Of a stretch of DNA of 64,000 nt, positions 1-12,129 are shown in pieces. Location of the stretch: positions 21,306,721 through 21,370,720 of the forward strand of contig JAUZTB010000048.1 in assembly GCA_034780895.1 (NCBI GenBank), in the 5' to 3' direction. Under the pieces are notes generated by a model, which worked only from the letters and a program-made list of their open reading frames with translations, did no database searches and was not told where the DNA came from. This DNA is from Rhynchobatus australiae (taxonomy: Eukaryota). Position 1 is the first letter of the stretch. Every line of letters starts with the position of its first letter. The position numbers and the translations under genes were made by a program.

Positions 1-299
1 ATTGCACAGTCAAAAGATCACTCATAAAACACACTTGCTTTTGCAATAAGCCCCAGAATTTAAAGTAAAATCCCTCCTTTCCAACATAAAAACATCCCCA
101 CATAAAAGAGCATTGTTGTTTCATAGCTTCCTGCAGAATATTGAAATAATAAAAGGCAGGTCCAAATGACAATTTATGGTAGAAATTCAGGTTGATGATT
201 CTTCCCCTTAATTTAGAGGAGCTGAAATTCTTTGCATATCTATCTGGTAGAGGCAAATAAAGGCAGCTCTGAGGAAAGGCCAAAGTCTGGACCTTGCTG

Positions 300-528
300 A
301 AGCAATAAAGAGACTCCTGGAAGAACTTGTTGGGTCATACAGCATCTATGATCTATGGCGGGTGGGGGGGGGGAAGAAATCGTCAATCTTTCAGATCGAC
401 ATCCTGCATGCATCAAGACTGCTGTTTGTTTCTTTCCTATTGCACAGCAGGAAGGTCACCCAAACAAGGCCTCAGAGTGAGTTTGNNNNNNNNNNNNNNN
501 TCCAGCATCTGCAATCTCTTGTGTCTCC
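300..528. mobile_element. Penelope-derived fold-back mini-element (decayed)
   Basis: Arm 'ctggaagaacttgttgggtcatacagcatct' and opposite-orientation end 'tccagcatctgcaatctcttgtgtctc'. The minus strand of ~378-421 reads cagtc-TTGATGC..aggatgtcgatct-GAAAG-ATT-gacg, a decayed hammerhead-like layout. Confidence 0.6.
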
Positions 529-1169
529 CTCTTGATGGGAGCCAGATTGCTTATAGATTTACCAATGGTTGCCCATATTTTGAGTTCAGGAGGACAAAAT
601 TAACCCTATTCCCTTCCCAGGTTAGTCCTGGATGTTGTCATGTAATAATTGATCAAACATTAAATAATCACATATTATGAGTGAAACTCCAAGATCCGGT
701 AGATCTGCACTGAGCACATGTAGAGTGCTGCCAGTATTTGCAGTGAAGTCAGATTGTACTGCTCTGTGGGATGATCAATAAAATCATTTGGTGGGTTGAT
801 TCAGAGATGACCTTAACTCAATCTTCCCAGCAAGAAACATTAATGACAGTCTCAAAATATCTCTGGAGTCCTTACCCATCCACCAACAATGCCCAAAGCA
901 GCCAATTCCACTTCCGAAAGTGTTCTGGTCAGGACATGATATAGGCAGCAAACAGACCATTGGAGCCTTTTTGTATTTGTGTATTTAGTTGGAAAACAGC
1001 CTAACAGGTACACAGGGATGCCTACCTGTCATGTGTTCATGAACCTGTGATGCCTCCTCAGTCCATGTGAACCTGTATATGCCGGTACTATTTGAGGTTC
1101 ATGCTGGCTAGAGAATCCGAGATATTCTGACATCTCAGACAAGGAGGTGAAACTAGATAAAAGAATATA

Positions 1170-1322
1170 CAACAAATGGGAGGATATTTACAGACAGATC
1201 TTGGAATATATTTCCATGGACTTGGTTTTTGGATCAAAGAATTTAAGGTAGCAGGAAAAGTAGATAAGATGGCAAAAAAAAGGCATAAGGAATGCTTTCT
1301 CTTATTAGCTGAGACAAAGAAC
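1170..1322 (+). mobile_element. CR1 LINE ORF2 C-terminal fragment
   Basis: Translation QTDLGIYFHG...KVAGKVDKMAKK resembles the CR1 motif QRDLGVxVHxSLKVAxQVDKxVKKA. Confidence 0.55.
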
Positions 1323-1374
1323 ATGAGCGAAGGTTGGTTATGCTCAGCCACTGCTCCACTATTCCACAAGGGTA

Positions 1375-1806
1375 ACCCTGAGCTTCCATTTGCCTGCTAC
1401 TTTAATTCTCCATCCCACTCTGACCTCTGACCTTTGGTCCCTGCACAGTTCGAATGATGATCAAGGAACAGCACTTCATCTTCCATTTGAGTACGTTGGG
1501 GCTCAATAAAGAATTAATCAATTTTAGGTAACCAGCACTTTTTCTCTCCCCACAGATCTTGTTGGATATTCCAGTTTCAATTTATTATTTTCTCTTCTAT
1601 TTCTAACTGCTGGTGTTTAAAGTAATTGTTACCTTGACAACACCGATCCACAAGCTACAATTCCCATTATTCCCTCCACACTTTCCCCTTTCTGCAGCTT
1701 ATGACACAGTTGGTAGCTCCCTTTTCCAGTTCTAATGAAAGGTGCTCAAACTCAAATACGCACGCTGTTGTTTCTCTCTCTATGACTGCTGCCTGACTTG
1801 CTGAGT
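1375..1806 (+). mobile_element. Penelope-like element 3' end (GIY-YIG C-terminus plus pseudo-LTR)
   Basis: PELPFACYFNSPSHSDL and downstream EQHFIFHL..GLNKE match the PLE C-terminus (PVAxHFN..EQHLIFRLGTLQPxGLN). These are followed by a pyrimidine-rich pLTR, a decayed ribozyme core 'cagttCTAATGAaaggt' (~1727) and the arm 'tgctgcctgacttgctgagt'. Confidence 0.75.
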
Positions 1807-2164
1807 NNNNNNNNNNNNNNNNNNNNNNNNNNNNNNNNNNNNNNNNNNNNNNNNNNNNNNNNNNNNNNNNNNNNNNNNNNNNNNNNNNNNNNNNNNNNNN
1901 NNNNNNNNNNNNNNNNNNNNNNNNNNNNNNNNNNNNNNNNNNNNNNNGTCCATGAAGTCCCCCAGAAAAACAGAGGCCAGTATGACAATGAAACTATTCG
2001 ATGCACAGAACATTTAAAATCTGAGTCAGCTAACTTGAATTCTGTGAAGTGAATTTTCCGAGCAGGGACAGTCCTGTTTCACCTTAAGGAATAGCAATGC
2101 CACAGGCAGACAGTCACTCTTGGAAAGGATGACACGTATCAATCTGATCGCACCAATGCAAGCC

Positions 2165-2375
2165 CTATGAGACTTCAGTTCAGCACTGACACTGATTTGC
2201 AGGTGAGCTGGTTACAGGAGGTCTACAGCTCAATCAAGTCCCAAATTTGTGCAATCCCCTAAGCAGACCAGGCTGACAGAGAAGAAGGCAGCCCAAGTCT
2301 CAGTGACTCCTGTTGAAGGCTGCAGTGGATCTTGCACAAGGTTGAGTTGTGCAGGACCGTCTGCAGCTTCCTGAG
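2165..2375 (+). pseudogene. possible fossil Myb/SANT-like DNA-binding ORF of a PIF/Harbinger transposon
   Basis: Frameshifted pieces RLQFS-DTDLQV-LQEV ... PKQTRLT..AAQVSVT...C resemble the Harbinger Myb/SANT helix pattern (RFSDxxLxVLLxxV...AxxVS...C). Lies just upstream of the transposase remnant. Confidence 0.3.
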
Positions 2376-2879
2376 GGCACACACATATTATGTGGTTGAT
2401 TGTGTGTTTCTCATGTCTTTGCACCACAATTTTGTAGAACTTGAACTGAGCCCATTAATATCCTTAGACATGACCTAGCTGGCCAAATTGCCCAAAGTCA
2501 TCGTCACTTGCTCATGTATCTTGCCATCTACTCTTGGGAGATAAAGTCAACAGTTCTGCCATCTTCAGTCGAGCTTGTGCCCAGCTTATCTTCAGCATCG
2601 TTAAGCTCATCAATATCACTTCCACAACTTTCAACTGTTTCTCCACACTTCTCTTCCCATCATTATGCTTCCCACACAGACTGCTGACAACTGGGAAAGA
2701 TGATGATAGTGCATCATTGTGAATCTGCATCATTGTGAATCTGGTTTCCTTTGCCCTCTACTAGCAGGGACCGAGGTATGGAAGAGGCAAGGCAGTGGGC
2801 AGAATAGGTTTTCCCAATGCAGTACAGAACTTAATTTAGCCACTGAGAAAAGAAAGGATGTCCATNNNNNNNNNNNNNN

Positions 2880-3745
2880 AATAACCATCTACCGGTGTTT
2901 GTGCTGAATGCTTGTTAGTTAAGCACTTGGGTCTTCCTAAGCTTCTACTAGCTGCACTTGTGCCACCATTATAAGTTGCAACAACTAGAAAATCTGCTTT
3001 GCTTTCAAGTATGTAGTCATCAAAACAATGGAACTGGTCACAAATACTATTTGCAGAGTGGAAATCAGAATGCATGGACAATGGTTCCATGAAAAATACT
3101 TAACTACCGTGGTGTACTTGATGATGTACACAAGAAACAAGACAAATGTTTTGGGGCAGACGGCCTGTTTCAAATATAGGATATCTGGGTGTAGATCAAA
3201 AATCAATTCTGTCTCAGAAATATAAAGGACATGGACTAATGCAAGGAGGAATTTCCCACTGGTTGCAAGTGCTGGGACTTCAACCAGAAGTTGTGTGAAT
3301 TTTTCGGTGTGATACGTAAAGACGTTAAGAACTTTGTCATTCTCCACTCTGTGTGATATATTTATAACTGTTTAAATGTGTCACAATAGAGGTGCCTTTT
3401 CTAAAAGCCATCCTGTTATATTTATATTATACATACCATGACAGCACAAGTGAGATAATGTGGCATTACATGGAGTCTTGTTGAACAGAACTGGCTGATG
3501 CTGTCACTTTTGTAAAAGGGCCTCTTGCTGTGATATTGTACTGAGAGCATGCAATAACACAATGAAGTTCCTGCCAATCTTTGAACAAAGTCTATCATTA
3601 ATATGGAGATTTCTGAAGGGCTTCAAGTCCGAAGATGAGAGGGAAATGTAGATACAAGAAGATTGGATTCTCCATCATTACTTTCAAAATGTGATTTTGT
3701 AAAATGTGCCAATACATTCAGAGAAGTACTTTCCAATTACTTCAA
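2880..3745 (+). pseudogene. fossil PIF/Harbinger (HARBI1/DDE_Tnp_4-like) transposase
   Basis: Collinear frameshifted motifs: ATTRKSAL (2978), RRNF/HWLQVL (3244; cf. NRKxFHSxNVQ), NFVILHS (3330; cf. HDSFIL), NRG (3385; cf. GDxGY), TAQVR-NVA-SLVEQ..ML (3440-3503; cf. YNxAHxxTRxxVEQxxGxLK), CDIVL.AC..HN (3529-3563), an acidic linker, then ANTFREVLSNYF (3708-3743). Confidence 0.5.
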
Positions 3746-4961
3746 AAATTACTGTCCTACCATTCAGGTACTGTTGAGACTGAAGCAGCAAAATGCACCA
3801 GGACATATCCACAGTCTAATTTAGCACAGTGCACTATGTTCACAGTGCATCACAACAGGACACCAGCACTTTGTAAAATCTGAAAGTACACAGTATACGA
3901 GGTAGCATTAATCAGCAGGGCACTCATATACTTCTGGCCTATACAATATTCTGATGGAGTAATGTTCACACCCAATGCAGTATAGTCTGTACAACATAAC
4001 ACACCAGAATAACTTAACAAACCAAAGCATCACGGAGAGCAGCAGTGCATTAATGTAATAAACCAAAGGGCCCAGCACCACTAGTCTAAAACTACACACC
4101 ATAGGCAGAATGGCAGGACAGACACCGGGTGGGGCAGAACACAGAGACTGAACAGAAAATATCAGGTTTGAATGGTAGCCATTGTGCTCATTTGTTAAAT
4201 TAAAATGTCCAGTCTTCCTGAATTCTACTTTGATAATACACAATGGTCTAAATTTTTCACTGATCAAACAATGGCATTTGAAAAAAAATAACAGGCATGC
4301 AATCTGTGGTGTGGATTTTACCCTGAGCCATCAGTTGCTGCCAGGTGTCAGTTTAGTGGGACCTCTGGCTGTATAAATTGTGAAGTCATCAAGCTTGCTG
4401 ATCAACTAATCAAATTGAAGAAATCTCTCAAACAGCAAGCCAGCAGAGACAAAGAATGTTTTTTTTAAAATAAAGACACCAGTAACATTGAAGATATAGA
4501 TAGATATGAATTCAATTGATTACATTTTGAAACATTTATTAAGTGATTTGCTACCTAAATTCACAAAAAGATTTTTTTTGGCCTAGAGAATTTGTTCAAA
4601 TTTATTGTCAAGTTCGTTTATTGTCATAGGCACACATACCCAAGGTAAAAATGCCATGAAAATTAGCCTCTTTTGCAACAGCAGCACAGTACATTACAAA
4701 CACAAGTTAACATAAACTTAAATTAACCTAAATTGTACACAACTTGCACAGCAAAATAAACATAACAAAATTTACTGAATACAGTAAGAATTCATTGACC
4801 TCAGACACAGGTATTTTGACACAGAGGCTTCACAAATACTAGAAATGTTTGGAAATTCTGATTTCCCATGATTGTAGATAAGGCCAAAAAGCTCCATGAC
4901 TTGTTGAGTGACTCACAACATCACTGACATTTCCATGTCAAATTATATTATGTAGAAAAGT

Positions 4962-5172
4962 AAAAAAAAACTGCAGATGCTGGAAAGCTGAAATAAAAAC
5001 AGAAAAGGCTAGAAACAATTAGCAGGCCTGGGAGCATCTGTGGAAAGGTAAACAAACGTGACTTTACCGATGAGATCATTCCAATGAAGAGTTGCGGAGC
5101 TGAAGCACTCTGCTTCTCATTTCACAGATGCTGCCTGACCTGTTGAGTATTTCCAGTATTTTATGTTTTTAG
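4962..5172. mobile_element. Penelope-derived fold-back mini-element
   Basis: Left arm 'aataaaaacagaaaaggctagaaacaattagcaggcctgggagcatctgtg' is approximately the reverse complement of right arm 'cacagatgctgcctgacctgttgagtatttccagtattttatgtttttag'. The centre carries decayed CCAATGA...GAAGC. Confidence 0.7.
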
Positions 5173-6737
5173 TCCTGAAATTATTATCAGTTTCATGGTG
5201 TAATTAAGATAAGTGTTGATAGTTTCGTGACTACAAAATCCAGGCCGATGTTTACCATATTGTGCAACTTAATGCATATCTAACTTTAGCCAAGCTGGAG
5301 ACTTGGCAGAAGATAGCGAGATCATAATTGAGGTGTGATAAGCAATTGCATTCTCGAGTACTTTTAAATGCATTTTAGTATACTGGGGATTATCTTTTGG
5401 GACAGTGTTGATAATGAGGAACTCTGCCAAGATGAACACATACTCTGAAAATGGCCTTTTGCATTAACAATTCAGCCAAAAATGATTTATTTGACTGAGA
5501 GTTGATTGACAATATGCACTTCCAGCAGAAGTTTGCCACATAAATGCTGAGAGAGCTTTGCAGCATAAAAAAATACACTAGCANNNNNNNNNNNNNNNNN
5601 NNNNNNNNNNNNNNNNNNNNNNNNNNNNNNNNNNNNNNNNNNNNNNNNNNNNNNNNNNNNNNNNNNNNNNNNNNNNNNNNNNNTAGCATCTCACGTATTT
5701 CATTATGTTACAATTGGAGCACCAGGGCATAACTGACAGCAAGAATACTGTTTGATTCGTGAGAGTTAGATTGGAAAAGATATGGGATGACCACACATGT
5801 CCCTCTGAGAAGACCCATTGAAATGTCATTTGTTTTCATATGGGGTTTTAGCTGCCAATTCCCATTTTATGCAAATATTAGATTTTACCATCCTGTGATA
5901 GAAAGATGTGATATGCTGTTTCAAAAGCATCTATGAACTTGACAAAAGTGAGGGACATCATAACTTCCTGCAAATTTATTGTTATTATCTTGGTACCAAA
6001 TTTAAATTACAACATTGTGGCATGAATGCTGTGTGTATTTGCATTGTCAAAAATGTCACAATGTAATACGTCCCTTTTATAAGGCTTAACCAAGCAGTTT
6101 TAGACAGTTGCACCTCTCCTCATAATGGCATTAAGGCTTACTTGACAAGAATATTACTCACTTTAATTTTTTTTCTGTGCTGAAAAGAGCTCAATGGTTC
6201 ATGGTGTTAAAAAATGTTCATTTGAGATTCAATAACTAAAAGTTAGTTAAAAATTTCTGTCACAAAATTTAATTATTCTCCCCTTTCCTTGCTCGGTTGG
6301 CACTTTACAAACAAGAGAAAATTACATGCCAAAGTAAGTTAGGTACTGGTTTTGCAGTTTAAGCACAATGGAAATAATTGGCATTATTAAACATTATGGG
6401 TGTTAACATTTCTAAATGATAAATAACTGCACTTTTGTCAGGAGGTGATGTGTTATCAGTGCCCATGTTTGTCACTGACACAAAGTCAGAGTACAAACTT
6501 ATTTTTTGGAATTCTCCATGGATAATTTGGTGGCATGTAAAGTTATTAACCAAAATTATAAGGCTCTGTTTTGAAAGTTTCTGAAACACTCAGAAACACA
6601 TAAAAACTATTAAAATTCAATTCTCAATTAACAGGCTACAAAAATGATTGAAAAGTCCTTTAAACAATTAAAAATGCCAAGACAAACAATTATTTCAAAA
6701 TAACATTTATTACCTGTATTGTTCAGTCATACATTGT

Positions 6738-7085
6738 GAAAACAAATCCTTCAGCCTATTGAATCCATGCAAACCATCAAGTACCCATTTAGACTAATCC
6801 TACACTAATCCAATTTTATTTTCCCCACCATCCCCACGCTTCCCNNNNNNNNNNNNNNNNNNNNNNNNNNNNNNNNNNNNNNNNNNNNNNNNNNNNNNNN
6901 NNNNNNNNNNNNNNNNNNNNNNNNNNNNNNNNNNNNNNNNNNNNTCCCATTGCCCCCCCATCCCCCAATTTCTACCACTCACCTAATGCACCAGAGGCAA
7001 TTTACCCGGGCCAGTTTACCTACCTACATGCATGTCTTTGGGATATGGGAGAAAACTGGACCAGGTGGAGGAAATCCACAGAGAA
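6738..7085 (-). mobile_element. V-SINE/HE1-type SINE fragment
   Basis: 'tctttgggatatgggagaaaactggaccaggtggaggaaatccaca' is the reverse complement of the V-domain. A CR1-like tail 'ccttcagccta' is at the left end. Similar to the copies at 42.6k, 47.5k and 62.6k. Confidence 0.7.
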
Positions 7086-7121
7086 AGCAGCACTCCACTG
7101 CCCCCCTTTCATTGTTCCTTT

Positions 7122-7316
7122 CCAATTAATGTATGTGCTCATAGTTTCTGCATTAGATCTAAACCAACGCAGGCAGTTTCTCCAGAATAACATCCTTGAC
7201 ACTTGTGAGATATAAAAGCTGCCAGTTCAGTGCAGAGCTGCTGGATTTTCTATTAAGTGCCAGCTAAAGGAAAATTCTTCAGTAACTGAAAGTGCCAAGC
7301 ATCATCTTTGGTAAGT
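7122..7316 (+). promoter_or_regulatory. candidate Pol II core promoter plus short first exon
   Basis: CCAAT at 7122, TATAAAAG at 7211-7218, and consensus splice donor TTG|GTAAGT at 7310/7311, in non-repeat sequence. Motif evidence only. Confidence 0.25.
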
Positions 7317-8539
7317 AATACAATCTATTGATATGAAATGAAAGTAAATCCAGGACCTACAATAAGTATTTACAACTTCTTGTAGAATTCTTTATGATTA
7401 TTACCAGTGTTAGAGATAATTTAATATGGCAAAATTAACTCAATCTTAACCCAAAGTCAATAAACTTGAGCAAATGTTGAAATTATTCCAACTCCCACAA
7501 AACATAAGCACACANNNNNNNNNNNNNNNNNNNNNNNNNNNNNNNNNNNNNNNNNNNNNNNNNNNNNNNNNNNNNNNNNNNNNNNNNNNNNNNNNNNNNN
7601 NNNNNNNNNNNNNNNNNNNNNNNNNNNNNNNNNNNNNNNNNNNNNNNNNNNNNNNNNNNNNNNNNNNNNNNNNNNNNNNNNNNNNNNNNNNNNNNNNNNN
7701 NNNNNNNNNNNNNNNNNNNNNNNNNNNNNNNNNNNNNNNNNNNNNNNNNNNNNNNNNNNNNNNNNNNNNNNNNNNNNNNNNNNNNNNNNNNNNNNNNNNN
7801 NNNNNNNNNNNNNNNNNNNNNNNNNNNNNNNNNNNNNNNNNNNNNNNNNNNNNNNNNNNNNNNNNNNNNNNNNNNNNNNNNNNNNNNNNNNNNNNNNNNN
7901 NNNNNNNNNNNNNNNNNNNNNNNNNNNNNNNNNNNNNNNNNNNNNNNNNNNNNNNNNNNNNNNNNNNNNNNNNNNNNNNNNNNNNNNNNNNNNNNNNNNN
8001 NNNNNNNNNNNNNNNNNNNNNNNNNNNNNNNNNNNNNNNNNNNNNNNNNNNNNNNNNNNNNNNNNNNNNNNNNNNNNNNNNNNNNNNNNNNNNNNNNNNN
8101 NNNNNNNNNNNNNNNNNNNNNNNNNNNNNNNNNNNNNNNNNNNNNNNNNNNNNNNNNNNNNNNNNNNNNNNNNNNNNNNNNNNNNNNNNNNNNNNNNNNN
8201 NNNNNNNNNNNNNNNNNNNNNNNNNNNNNNNNNNNNNNNNNNNNNNNNNNNNNNNNNNNNNNNNNNNNNNNNNNNNNNNNNNNNNNNNNNNNNNNNNNNN
8301 NNNNNNNNNNNNNNNNNNNNNNNNNNNNNNNNNNNNNNNNNNNNNNNTTGATTAACAGATTTTGTGGCATAAAGTTTATCTAACATACTCTTATTTCTTT
8401 TGCACGAAACCAATAAACTGACATAGTTCACATTTCACTGAAACACATGTGCCAGAAAAGGAAGCAATGTCAGGTGGAGGAAATTGCTGCTGAACAAATT
8501 ACTTGAGGTTTATTGGAGATATTGGAGAAATTGGAGAAA

Positions 8540-10747
8540 ACTTTTTAAAAAAAGGGCAAAAAAGATTCATGAAATGGTCTTGGTAAATTGGATTAAGGAA
8601 AATCCTAAAACCTTTTATATGTACTTTAGAAGCAAGAAGGTAGTTCAGGAAGACATAGGCCTCAGCAGGAACCAGAGGAGTAACCAATGCGGGATATGAG
8701 CAAGATCATAAAGATCAACAGTATTCACCAGGGAGAAGGACATGGAGGCTGGAGAGTTAAGGGAGGAGTATGCTGATATTCTGAAGCACATCTGTAACAG
8801 GAAGGAGGATGTGCTAGAAATATTGGAGCACATTATGGTGGATAAATCCCTAGGGCTGGACGGGATCTATCCTAAGGGATGCAAGGGAGAAGATTGCAGG
8901 AGCTCTGATGGAAATGTTTACATCTTCATTAGCTACAGGTGAGGTACCAGAGGACTGAAGGATAGCTAATGTTGTCCCCTTGTCAAAAAGGGGATTAAGG
9001 ATAAACCTCGAAACTACAGGCAGGTGAGCCTTACATCAGTGGTAGGGAAGTTGTTGGACAAGATTTTTGAGGGACAGGATTTATGTTCACTTGGTAATGC
9101 AGGGACTGATTAGGAGGAGTCAGCTGGTTTTGGTGTAGAGGAGATCATGTCTCACAAATCTGATTTAGATTTTTTTTGAGGCAGTAACCAAGGAGATTAC
9201 TGAAGGCTGGACAGTACCTATTGTCTCTATGGACATTAGTAAGGCTTTTGACAAGGTCCTGCATGATTGACTGGGATATGTGGGTAATACTGGATCTAAA
9301 ACTGGCTGGTTGACAGATGAGCATTTTTCCTGACTGTAAGTCTGTAACCAGTGGTGTACCACAGGGATCAGTGCTGAGACTCTTCTTGTTTGTAACATAT
9401 ACAAATAATTTGAAATGAGAATGAAGGAGTTATGGTATTGGTATATTATTGTCTCTTGTACCAATGTACAGTGAAAAGCTTGTCTTACAAACCGATCGTA
9501 CAGGTCAATTCATTACACAGTACAGTTACATTGAGTTAGTACAGAGTGCATTGAGGTAGTACAGGGTAAAAACAATAATAGTACAAAGTAAAGTGTCACA
9601 GATACAGAGAAAGTACAGTGCAATAAGATGCAAGGACACAACAAGGTAGATCGTGAGGTCATAGTCCATCTCATTGTATAAGGGAACTGTTCAATAGTCT
9701 TATCACAGTGGGGNNNNNNNNNNNNNNNNNNNNNNNNNNNNNNNNNNNNNNNNNNNNNNNNNNNNNNNNNNNNNNNNNNNNNNNNNNNNNNNNNNNNNNN
9801 NNNNNNNNNNNNNCTCTCGACCTCAGCACCATTGATGTAGACAGATGCATGTACACCACCCCCTTTCCTGAAGTCAATGACCAGCTCTTTAGTTTTGTTG
9901 ACATTGAGGTGTCGAGATTGTTGTCATGACACCATTCCACTAAGCTCTCTATCTCCTTCCTGTACTCTGACTCATCGCTGATTGAGATATGGCCTACAAC
10001 AGTGATATCATCTGCAAACTTGTAGATGGAGTTAGAGCAGAATTTGGCCACACAGTCATGAGTGTCTAGGGAGTAGAGTAGAGGGCTGAGGACGCAGCTT
10101 GTGGGGCACCAGTGTTGAGAAAAATCATGCCGGAGGTATTGCTGCCTATCCTCGCTGATTGCGGTCTGTTTGTTAGAAAGTCAAGGATCCAGTTACAGAG
10201 GGAGGTGTTGAGTCCTAGATTAGTAAGTTTGCAGATGACACAACAATCAGTGGAATTATAAGTAATGAAGAAGGTTATTTCAGGTTACAGTGGGACATAG
10301 ATCAACTGGAAATTTGAGCAAAGCTGTGGCAGATGGAAATTATTTCAGACAATGCACTTTAGGAAGTCAAACTCTGGTAGGATACATAGTACAAAAGGTG
10401 GGGATCTTAGGAGCATTAGGGTACCCCAAGGTGTCTCTCTGTAAGTCCATAGCTCCATGAAAGTGATGCACAGGTAGATAGGATGTCAAAAAAGACATTT
10501 GGTAGGCTAGCCTTTGTAGGCCAAGGCATTGAGTATAAAAGTTAGGATGTCATATTGCAGTTGTACTAAACATTGGTTGAACTGAACTTGGAGTATTGTG
10601 TACAGTTCTGGTTGCTACACTACAAGAAGGATGTGGTAGCAAAAGAGGGAGTGCAGAAGAGCTTAAGAGATTCACCAGGATGTTACCTGGAATGAAGGGT
10701 TGTAGTTGTAAAGAGAGATTGGATAGTTTATTCTCACTAGAATGTAG
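8540..10747 (+). mobile_element. CR1 LINE ORF2 (RT) remnant, interrupted by Rex1
   Basis: IKENPKTFY, PEDxRIANVVPL..KPRNYRQVSLTSVVGKLL (8945-9055), MDISKAFDKV (9229), VTSGVPQGSVL (9345). The element resumes with ISKFADDT (~10219) and KRFTRMLPGM before the gap. Contains stops and frameshifts. Confidence 0.92.
9434..10218 (-). mobile_element. Rex1/Babar LINE, 5'-truncated, nested in CR1
   Basis: KFADDITVVGHIS..DESEYRKEIESLVEWCHDNNL (ORF 9671-10051). The 3' UTR and tail 'gacaataatataccaatacc' (minus strand) are shared with the copy at 14.3k. Confidence 0.9.
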
Positions 10748-11009
10748 NNNNNNNNNNNNNNNNNNNNNNNNNNNNNNNNNNNNNNNNNNNNNNNNNNNNN
10801 NNNNNNNNNNNNNNNNNNNNNNNNNNNNNNNNNNNNNNNNNNNNNNNNNNNNNNNNNNNNNNNNNNNNNNNNNNNNNNNNNNNNNNNNNNNNNNNNNNNN
10901 NNNNNNNNNNNNNNNNNNNNNNNNNNNNNNNNNNNNNNNNNNNNNNNNNNNNNNNNNNNNNNNNNNNNNNNNNNNNNNNNNNNNNNNNNNNNNNNNNNNN
11001 NNNNNNNNN

Positions 11010-11890
11010 TTACAACCTTCTTTTCCAAGGAGAAAAAGAACTATGTCTCTTACCTTTTCATACATGTAACGTCCCTCTTCCCTAGTATCATATCAGGTCC
11101 TCTGCACCCTCTCCAAACTCTTCACAACTTTCCTAAAGTGCAGAGCCCAGAAATGGCCAAGCCAATGTTTTATAAAGGTTCATTGTGACTTTCTTGTACT
11201 CTATCCCTTCACTTGTAAACCCTCACTTGCATTTCTAAAAAAATACTTTTATTGGACTCAGCATATATACCCAGAGCTCTCTTCAATCTTGTTCCTCTTT
11301 TAGAACTGTACTATTGAGTTTATATTGTTTTGTCTCATTCTTCATACTTCACATAATTAGCATTAACTTTCATCTACCTCCCACCCCAGCTTTCCACCAG
11401 CCTGTCTATGCCTCCTTGAAGTCTAATACTATTGTCCTTGGTTTACTATGCTTCCAACTCCATGGGGTAAATCCATGGTAACTTCTCTCCAGTGTGCAAA
11501 ACAGTCTTTCCTTCATTTTCTATTATTTAGCCCACTTTTTAATGCTTTTATGACATCTCCTTTTATCCCATAACCTTTAATCTTGATGACATTGTGCTAT
11601 CTCATCAAATGCAGTTTAGAAGTCCACATATGAATTCTCCATTGCTTCACCAAAAAACAAAACATCCATCAAGTTTTTGGACATGATTTATCTTTAAAAA
11701 CTCATCCTGGCTTTCTCTGATCACACATTGTTAACTCTGTCCCTGATCATTGTTTCTAGAACTCTTCACACTACTGAGCATAAAATGACTGATCAGATTT
11801 ACTGGGTTTATCTTTGCACCCTTTTTAGAACAAGGCTGTAGCAATTACATTTTCCTATTTTCCAGCACCACCCATTAATCTATGAATGTC
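11010..11890 (-). mobile_element. old CR1 LINE RT remnant
   Basis: Minus-strand translation gives WKIxNVxxxLFxKGxKDKP..SVVxRVLE (~11755-11865) and YVDFxTAFD (~11603-11630). A CR1 C-terminal piece is near 11100. Confidence 0.7.
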
Positions 11891-12129
11891 CAGAGGTTAA
11901 CTGATGAAATGATGGTGTCTGTCATTGCATATCAGCTTCCTTGCTCCATCATATTAAATCCTAATCCATCCATTCCAGTGGAAGATAAATAGTCTTGCCA
12001 CACAAACCACTTGCAAGTAACGAGAACAAAGTTATTATGTATAAAAATGACAAGGAAGCATTTGCCAAAGTACAATATGGAAATAAAACTCAGGACGGTG
12101 AAAATTGCCCACCAAAAGTTCTCAGCTCA

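Noticed and set aside
670-890. Possible Deu-domain SINE remnants (also ~24310-24480 and ~35570-35730)
   Set aside because: Too decayed to support by eye. A Dfam/Repbase search would be needed.
2710-2741. 16-bp tandem duplication tgcatcattgtgaatc x2
   Set aside because: Real but an ordinary micro-duplication, with no sign of function.
2985-3347. 120-aa minus-strand ORF as a gene
   Set aside because: No recognisable domain, and it lies antisense to the putative Harbinger transposase fossil.
7457-8431. Long ORFs of about 300 aa here and at 14532-15495, and shorter N-spanning ORFs at 41.5k, 53.1k and 56.8k
   Set aside because: Almost entirely N-gap (X) residues, so they are artefacts.
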